A DNA stretch of 64,000 nt. It comes from Halorutilales archaeon Cl-col2-1. Its GTDB lineage: Archaea > Halobacteriota > Halobacteria > Halobacteriales > Afararchaeaceae. The translations under genes were made by a program, and so were the position numbers. The notes beneath the pieces are model-generated. The model ran no database searches. It had not been told where the DNA came from and worked only from the letters and a program-made list of their open reading frames with translations. The stretch lies in NCBI GenBank assembly GCA_041891055.1, contig CP169074.1, positions 1,344,001 to 1,408,000 on the forward strand, in the 5' to 3' direction. Shown piece by piece: positions 59,290 through 64,000 of the stretch. Within the stretch, counting starts at the first letter, position 1. Each line of letters starts with the position of its first letter.

Positions 59290-59895
59290 ATGGCAGCCAG
59301 GACAGGTCCTAAGACGGGAGCAGGGACACACGCGTCGAGCGACGCCGACGAGATTAACGTGGTCAAGTTCCTGATGGGGGACGAGACCTACGCCCTCGGA
59401 ATAGAAAAGGTCAGCAGCATAGTCGACATGGAGTCGAAGAAGGTCACGCGTCTCCCGAGGGCTCCAGACGCAGTCGACGGCATAGTCGATCTGAGAGGGG
59501 AGACGACCGCCATAATAGACCCCGCGAAGCTACTCAACGTCGAGACGCGCGACGACGACAGCTACGAGATACTCGTACTCGACAGGGACGACGACAAGCA
59601 GAAGGTCGGCATACGTGTCGACGAGGTCATAGAGGTCAGGGACTACACGACCGACCGCGTCGACATGAACGGACAGCTCAGGGACATAGAGACCCACGGC
59701 ATAGAGGAGAAGATGGTGAAGGGCATAATACGTGAGCTCGAAAACGAGGACGAGATAAGAGCCGCGGAGGAGAACGAGGAGGAGACAGAGGAGTTGGAGG
59801 AAGAGGTTAGCCTGATTGTCCTAATCGACGTAGACCGTATGATAAGCGTGATGAGTGAGGCAGAGTCTCAGTCACAGGCGGGCGAGATGCCGTGA
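59290..59895 (+). CDS. cheW: CheW (second, divergent copy)
   Basis: VVKFLMG, VDGIVDLRGE, VGIRVDEV. Confidence 0.88.
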   Translation: MAARTGPKTGAGTHASSDADEINVVKFLMGDETYALGIEKVSSIVDMESKKVTRLPRAPDAVDGIVDLRGETTAIIDPAKLLNVETRDDDSYEILVLDRDDDKQKVGIRVDEVIEVRDYTTDRVDMNGQLRDIETHGIEEKMVKGIIRELENEDEIRAAEENEEETEELEEEVSLIVLIDVDRMISVMSEAESQSQAGEMP

Positions 59896-59959
59896 ACGAC
59901 GTGGTAGGGTAGTCGAAGCCAGGGACAAGCTTGATTTCTCCGGATGACTTACTACGAGT

Positions 59960-60376
59960 ATGGTGAAAGTCTCACGTAGCTTCACGATAGACGCGTCACG
60001 TAACAGCGTCTGGGACTTCATCAGTGATCCCAACAACAGGGTGAGGTTCCTGCCGTCTGTCAAGGGCTACCGTTCGCTCGGGGACGGTGAGTTCGAGTGG
60101 GACATCCATATCCCCGTCGTGGGTGGGACTATCAGCTTCCGGACTCACGACATAGAGAGGATCGAGGGGAAGAGGGTCGAGTTTAAGGGAGAACACAGGA
60201 TAGTCTCACTCAGAGGTGTCAACGAGTTACGCGAGGAAGGAGACGACGACGAGGTTGAGGTCAAAGTCGTCTTCGAGGTCGACTCACGTATTCCCGGAGT
60301 CGAGTCGGCGTTCAAGAGAATATTCCGACGTGAGCTGAGACATCTCCAGAAGGGAATGGTGTCGGAGCTTAGTTAG
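59960..60376 (+). CDS. SRPBCC/CoxG family protein
   Basis: RSFTIDASRNSVWDFISDP START-like pattern. Confidence 0.82.
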   Translation: MVKVSRSFTIDASRNSVWDFISDPNNRVRFLPSVKGYRSLGDGEFEWDIHIPVVGGTISFRTHDIERIEGKRVEFKGEHRIVSLRGVNELREEGDDDEVEVKVVFEVDSRIPGVESAFKRIFRRELRHLQKGMVSELS

Positions 60377-61684
60377 TCAGTCGGCACTCGTAGCCTGTTT
60401 CGTGTCCGACTCCATCGCGCTCAGCTTCTCCCGAACCTCGTCCTCTATCTCGTCGGGGTCACGTTTGAGACGCGCGACGTCCGTATCTATCGCAGCCTGA
60501 GCAACTGCGGAGGCGACACGTGGCACGACGCGTGAGTCGAATGGCTTGGGTATGACGTACTCCTCGTTGAAGCCCTCTTCCAAGTCCTCGTCGGGGTATC
60601 TCTCCTGGACGTCCTCGGGAACCTCCTCACGGGCTATCTCGGCTATCGCCTCGGCGGCGGCGACCTTCATCTGTTCGTTTATGTCGCTCGCTCTGACTTC
60701 GAGAGCACCCCTGAATATCCCCGGGAAGCCTAGGACGTTGTTGACCTGGTTGGGATAGTCACTTCTTCCCGTACCGATTATACGTGCTCCAGCCTCTCTG
60801 GCGTCCTCGGGCCAGATCTCGGGGATGGGATTCGCCATAGCGAAGACTATGGGGTCGTCAGCCATCTCCTCGACCATCTCCTTGTCGACGATTCCTCCGA
60901 CAGAGAGTCCTATGAAGACGTCTGTGTCACGCATCGCGTCTTCGAGGTCGCCCGTACGTCCCTCGTCGTTAGTGAGACCCGCGAGCTTACGTTTCTCCTC
61001 GTTGAGATCCCTCCGGCTCCTGTGTATGATACCGGTCGAGTCAGTCATGAAGACGTCCTTGACTCCAGCATCTAAGAGAATATGTGCTATCGCGGTCGCG
61101 CTCGCACCCGCGCCGCTTATCGAGACTGTCATCTCCTCTACGTCCTTTTCGACCAGATCGGAGGAGTTGAGTATCCCCGCGAGTGTGATTATCGCGGTTC
61201 CGTGCTGGTCGTCGTGGAAGATAGGTATCTGCATGCTACTCCTGAGACGGTTCTCGACCTCGAAACACTCGGGTGCGCCTATGTCCTCCAGGTTGACGCC
61301 TCCGAAGACGGGTTCGAGTCTCTCGACCGTCTCGACGATTTCGTCGACGCTCTCGGTTCTGAGACAGACGGGGAAGGCGTCGATTCCCGCGAACTCCTTG
61401 AAGAGTACCGCCTTACCCTCCATGACGGGCAGGGCGGCGTCTGCACCGATGTCTCCGAGTCCTAAGACGGCACTTCCGTCGGAGACTATCGCGACGGTAT
61501 TGCCCTTTATGGTGTAGTCATAGACAGAGTCGGGGTTCTCGTCGATCTTCTCACACGGCGCGGCTACTCCCGGAGAGTAAGCTAGAGACAGGTCGTCCCC
61601 GTTTTCTACGGGAACCTTACTTTCGACGGATATCTTTCCCTGGCGCTTTCTGTGGAGTTCGAGAGCGCGCTCACGTATGGACAA
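60377..61684 (-). CDS. NAD(P)-dependent malic enzyme (no PTA domain)
   Basis: LSLAYSPGVA, SDGSAVLGLG, MEGKA, NLEDI, HDDQHGT, GAGASA, TGRSDYPNQVNN. Confidence 0.93.
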   Translation of the reverse strand: MSIRERALELHRKRQGKISVESKVPVENGDDLSLAYSPGVAAPCEKIDENPDSVYDYTIKGNTVAIVSDGSAVLGLGDIGADAALPVMEGKAVLFKEFAGIDAFPVCLRTESVDEIVETVERLEPVFGGVNLEDIGAPECFEVENRLRSSMQIPIFHDDQHGTAIITLAGILNSSDLVEKDVEEMTVSISGAGASATAIAHILLDAGVKDVFMTDSTGIIHRSRRDLNEEKRKLAGLTNDEGRTGDLEDAMRDTDVFIGLSVGGIVDKEMVEEMADDPIVFAMANPIPEIWPEDAREAGARIIGTGRSDYPNQVNNVLGFPGIFRGALEVRASDINEQMKVAAAEAIAEIAREEVPEDVQERYPDEDLEEGFNEEYVIPKPFDSRVVPRVASAVAQAAIDTDVARLKRDPDEIEDEVREKLSAMESDTKQATSAD

Positions 61685-61842
61685 TTGGTTTCACCTTGGG
61701 TTCTCAAATCAGGTTTGTCTAACTATAAACGTTTACAAATCGGCGGCGCGCGTGAGACGGACGACGACCCACGAAACGTGGTCTCGATCCGAGACTCGGC
61801 GCGTCAGTATGTTTTTATACCGATCCCAACTTAGCTACGAAC

Positions 61843-64000
61843 GTGGAACTAATAGTTGCCGAGAAGAACAACGCCGCACGGCGTATCTCCGAGGTTCTGA
61901 GTCGTGGAGACTTCTCGACGACGAAGGTCAACGGTGTTCCCGTCTACGAATGGGACGACAGACGGTGTATCGGTCTCGCGGGACACGTCGTCGAGGTCGA
62001 CTTCACCGAGGAGTACAACGACTGGCACTCGACAGATCCCTCCGACCTCATAGACGCCGACGTCACCAAGAAGCCGAGTAAGAAGGACATAGTCGGTGCT
62101 GTCGAGAAGACCGCGCGTGAGAGCCGTAGGGCTATAATCGCGACCGACTACGACTCGGAGGGAGAGCTCATAGGAAAGGAGGCATACGAGATCATAAAGG
62201 ACGTCTCCGACATACCCGTCAGACGCGTGCGTTTCTCGTCGCTCACTCCGGGTGAGATAAGGGACGCTTTCTCGAACCCCGGAGAGATAGACGACGACCT
62301 CGCTGCGGCGGGTGAGGCGCGCCAGATCATCGACCTCATCTGGGGCGCGGCTCTGACGCGGTACATCTCTCTCGCGTCGAACCGCCTCGGGAACGCATTC
62401 CTGTCGGTGGGTAGGGTTCAGTCTCCGACGCTCAAGATACTCGTCGACAAGGAGAAGGAGATAGAGGAGTTCGACCCAGATCCCTACTGGGAGATATACG
62501 CCGATGTCGATCCGTCTGACGAGGGAGACGAGGAGGTTGAGTCGCAGTACTTCTACAAGGAGGACGGCAAGGAGCAAGAGAGAATCTGGGACTCCGACGC
62601 CGCCGACGAGGTCTACTCGAAGGTCTCCGACGCCGAAGAGGCAGTGGTCGACTCGGTCAACACGCGTACGAGAAACGACTACCCTCCTACGCCCTTCGAC
62701 ACGACCCAGTTCATACGTGCGGCGGGCGCGATTGGCTTCTCGGCTTCGAACGCAATGAGCATAGCCGAGGATCTCTACACCAACGGTTTCATCTCTTATC
62801 CGAGGACTGACAACACCGTCTACCCCGACGAGGTGGAGATCGACGGCGTCCTAGAAGTCCTCGCCAACCACGACGACTTCTCCGACGACGCCAAGGAGCT
62901 ACTCGCGAGCGACCCGACGCCTACGTCGGGAGACAAGGAGACGACAGACCATCCCCCGATATATCCCACTTCGCTCGCCTCACGTGACGAGCTCAACGAC
63001 GCCGAGTGGAGGATATACGAGCTAGTCGTGAGACGGTTCTTCGCGACTCTCGCCGACGCTGCGAAATGGGAACACGTCAAGGCTGTCTTCGATATCGACG
63101 GCGAGAGCTTCAAGGCGAACGGAAAACGTCTCATAGAGGAGGGCTACCACGCCTACTACCCCTACTTCTCGACTGAGGAGACGAGCCTCCCTGACCTCGA
63201 AGCCGGCGACACAGTCAGTGTCGTCGACTCGGAGATCGAGGAGAAGGAGACACAGCCTCCGAAGAGGTACGGTCAGTCACGTCTCGTCGAGAAGATGGAG
63301 GAGATGGGGGTCGGGACGAAATGTCTGACCGGAGACACGCGTATAGCCGTGAGTGACGGAGACGACGTACATAGAGTCCGTGCCGACGAGGTATTCGACG
63401 AAGAGAATACCGTGATGACTGACGGAGACACTGACGCCGAGATCTCGGTCTCAGACAGTCTCGGCTCGGTAGTTTCTTTCGACCATATAGAAAGTCGTAT
63501 CAGGAACAGGGACGCGACAGTCGTAAGCAGACGTGAGCTCGAAGACGACGAAGAGGTCTTACGTATACGTACGACGAACTCCGAGTTCAGCGTGACGGAG
63601 GATCACCCTGTCTACGTCTTCGACGACGGAATAAATATAAGACGCGCTGACGAGATAAACGAGGGAGACGAGTTAGTCAGCGCGCGTCTGTCGGTGTCAT
63701 ACGGTTACGACGACGACGGTGATGCTCCCGCTCTCGGATGGGAGGAGTTCACGGAGTCGTGCGACAAGTCGACTAAGCTCTACGGAACCGGATGTAACGA
63801 AGGTATAACGGAGATACGTGAGGAAACCGGAGAATCCCAGTCGGTATTCGCAGAGAGGCTAGGTACATACCACGACGCTATCAGCAGGTTCGAGACGGAC
63901 AAACGCGATGTTCCACTGTGGCTCGCGGGAGATCTAGACCTTGTGCCCGAGGAAATACACGGTCTCAACCCGGAGGAGAAGTTCGAAAATCCGTTTCCGA
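61843..64000 (+). CDS. topA: DNA topoisomerase IA, intein-containing (3'-partial)
   Basis: Manual translation from GTG 61843: LIVAEK, GLAGHV, ATDYDSEGELIG, SVGRVQSPTL, ISYPRTD (catalytic Tyr), HPPIYPT, GVGTK. Confidence 0.95.
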   Translation, partial: MELIVAEKNNAARRISEVLSRGDFSTTKVNGVPVYEWDDRRCIGLAGHVVEVDFTEEYNDWHSTDPSDLIDADVTKKPSKKDIVGAVEKTARESRRAIIATDYDSEGELIGKEAYEIIKDVSDIPVRRVRFSSLTPGEIRDAFSNPGEIDDDLAAAGEARQIIDLIWGAALTRYISLASNRLGNAFLSVGRVQSPTLKILVDKEKEIEEFDPDPYWEIYADVDPSDEGDEEVESQYFYKEDGKEQERIWDSDAADEVYSKVSDAEEAVVDSVNTRTRNDYPPTPFDTTQFIRAAGAIGFSASNAMSIAEDLYTNGFISYPRTDNTVYPDEVEIDGVLEVLANHDDFSDDAKELLASDPTPTSGDKETTDHPPIYPTSLASRDELNDAEWRIYELVVRRFFATLADAAKWEHVKAVFDIDGESFKANGKRLIEEGYHAYYPYFSTEETSLPDLEAGDTVSVVDSEIEEKETQPPKRYGQSRLVEKMEEMGVGTKCLTGDTRIAVSDGDDVHRVRADEVFDEENTVMTDGDTDAEISVSDSLGSVVSFDHIESRIRNRDATVVSRRELEDDEEVLRIRTTNSEFSVTEDHPVYVFDDGINIRRADEINEGDELVSARLSVSYGYDDDGDAPALGWEEFTESCDKSTKLYGTGCNEGITEIREETGESQSVFAERLGTYHDAISRFETDKRDVPLWLAGDLDLVPEEIHGLNPEEKFENPFP
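63322..64000 (+). mobile_element. Intein in topA (N-terminal part), containing an XRE-like HTH
   Basis: GVGTK|CLTGDTRI, block B VTEDHPV, then IREETGESQSVFAERLGTYHDAISRFET. Confidence 0.88.

Noticed and set aside
59265-59312. 15-codon ORF upstream of the second cheW
   Set aside because: It ends 23 nt inside cheW rather than at its start, so it was not counted with the coupled micro-ORFs.
61758-61795. Hammerhead-ribozyme-like words (GACGA...GAAAC...GTC)
   Set aside because: The core would be CGGACGA rather than CUGANGA, and stems II and III cannot form properly.

Overview
64 kb of a halophilic archaeal chromosome: acidic proteome, TATA-type promoters and many leaderless starts. Frequent AGA/ATA codons suggest a deep-branching Halobacteria lineage such as Halorutilales (inference). 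Left to right: (1) two non-autonomous IS200/IS605 (IS1341-like) tnpB elements around DUF555, a phospholipase D, nadE and a PGF-CTERM surface glycoprotein; (2) rps12-rps7 and rpl7ae-rpl24e-ndk, with no rps28e; (3) an uncharacterised four-gene operon (small protein, tandem-V4R protein, small protein, ZIP metal transporter); (4) endA, cofH and purC; (5) an acs / acyl-CoA ligase / Liv-type ABC / thioredoxin cluster; (6) purS, purQ and gap; (7) intein-containing class II RNR (nrdJ) converging on DUF3209-cbiX; (8) an archaellum motor (arlCE,F,G,H,I,J) and chemotaxis cluster without archaellins or transducers; (9) malic enzyme and a topA with an HTH-containing intein that runs off the window. Best leads: the V4R-ZIP operon; a two-hairpin miniature element found both inside an IS end and in-frame in a CDS with a 7-bp direct repeat; and recurrent micro-ORFs abutting downstream start codons, one starting inside a k-turn upstream of rpl7ae. 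No CRISPR array, rRNA or tRNA was seen. All family calls come from motif recognition by eye, not database searches.
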